A stretch of 64,000 nt of DNA from Camelus dromedarius (Eukaryota), in the NCBI RefSeq assembly GCF_036321535.1, contig NC_087436.1, forward strand, positions 105,154,001 through 105,218,000, written 5' to 3'. Positions within the stretch are counted from its first letter, which is position 1. Every line of letters starts with the position of its first letter. A program made the translations under genes and the position numbers. The notes below the pieces were generated by a model, which saw only the letters and a program-made list of their open reading frames with translations, had not been told where the DNA came from and made no database searches. Shown piece after piece: positions 63,153 to 64,000 of the stretch.

Positions 63153-63472
63153 CTGAAAAACAAGGTGCTAAATTATTTTGTAGAATGAGCACAGTGAATT
63201 ATGTAATTATGTTGAAGTTTAATTAACTAGCTAACCAAATTAAAAAAAAAAAACAGAAGGGAAAGAATGTACTGTATTATACGCATAAATCCTCAGAATC
63301 CTAACCATAATAACAAGGAGATAGAGACCTGACCAAGCAAAATGTTTGGGAAAAGAAATTCCTTTGACAGATGGCTACTACAGATTTAGAATAATCTATT
63401 CAGGACAAATACACCACAGAGGTAAATAGTCAAGTCAATGAGTTGGGAGGTTTTCTGTTGTTGATAGTTTTT

Positions 63473-63514
63473 TGGGTTTGTTTTTGTTTGTTTGTTTGTT
63501 TGTTTGTTTGTTTT
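63473..63514. repeat. (GTTT)n microsatellite in the ZCCHC4 last intron
   Basis: Direct reading. Confidence 0.85.
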
Positions 63515-64000
63515 GGTACATCTGTAATGCTCAACTCAGCAGCACTTCAATCTCCAAATCCCTGAATTACATTTTTCAGAAAAAAGACCGATACACTGGC
63601 AGTTAGCAGTGGTAGAAAAATGCAATAACACAATGGGAAAGACTGACGACGCTTAAAGAGGCCCGTCTTACAGTCCTAAAACTAATTTTCCCTTCCTCAG
63701 GAGATCTAAGTCCTGACAGGTGCCATAGAGAATGTCCATGTTTTGTGGTCTCTGTCTTCTTGAAGACTAGCTTCAACATGAAAAAGCTGGAACTCACTCT
63801 CTAAAAAACACTAAACCACACCAGGAAAAAAAAACAGATCCTCTGCTGCTGGTGCTCACTGAACTTACAGGCAATCTGCAGCTGAGAAAGATCACTGGTC
63901 TGTTGACTCACTTTCTCCAAGCTAGCAGAATCATGCCAGGTACCATACCATGAACAAAGGGATGGGCCGGGCTGCCGGCACGGCAAACCTGGACACCTGC

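Overview
Mammalian genomic DNA, most likely a camelid, judging by three tRNA-derived vic-1-type SINEs. It contains the complete ANAPC4 gene (APC/C subunit 4) on the minus strand. I assembled 28 GT-AG coding exons by hand from ATG 54061 to TGA 20306, totalling 2427 nt (808 aa + stop) with consistent phases. The gene has a CpG-island promoter at ~53.8-54.4 kb and a poly(A) signal at 20200. Upstream on the same strand is the terminal coding exon and 3' UTR of ZCCHC4 (63017-63152), which the ORF track does not list. The remainder is intronic or intergenic DNA rich in LINE1/LINE2/MIR, LTR and DNA-transposon relics; repeat family names come from recalled consensus sequences and their boundaries are approximate. 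Exon numbers assume one non-coding exon 1. Nearly all listed ORFs are spurious. I found no convincing new multi-gene system. The most interesting observation is a short LINE-1 insertion whose target-site duplication copied the ANAPC4 exon-26 splice donor. Others include tandem +3 donors at exons 15 and 18, a perfect 93-bp tandem duplication inside an ancient L2, and a divergent CTCF-motif pair downstream of the gene.
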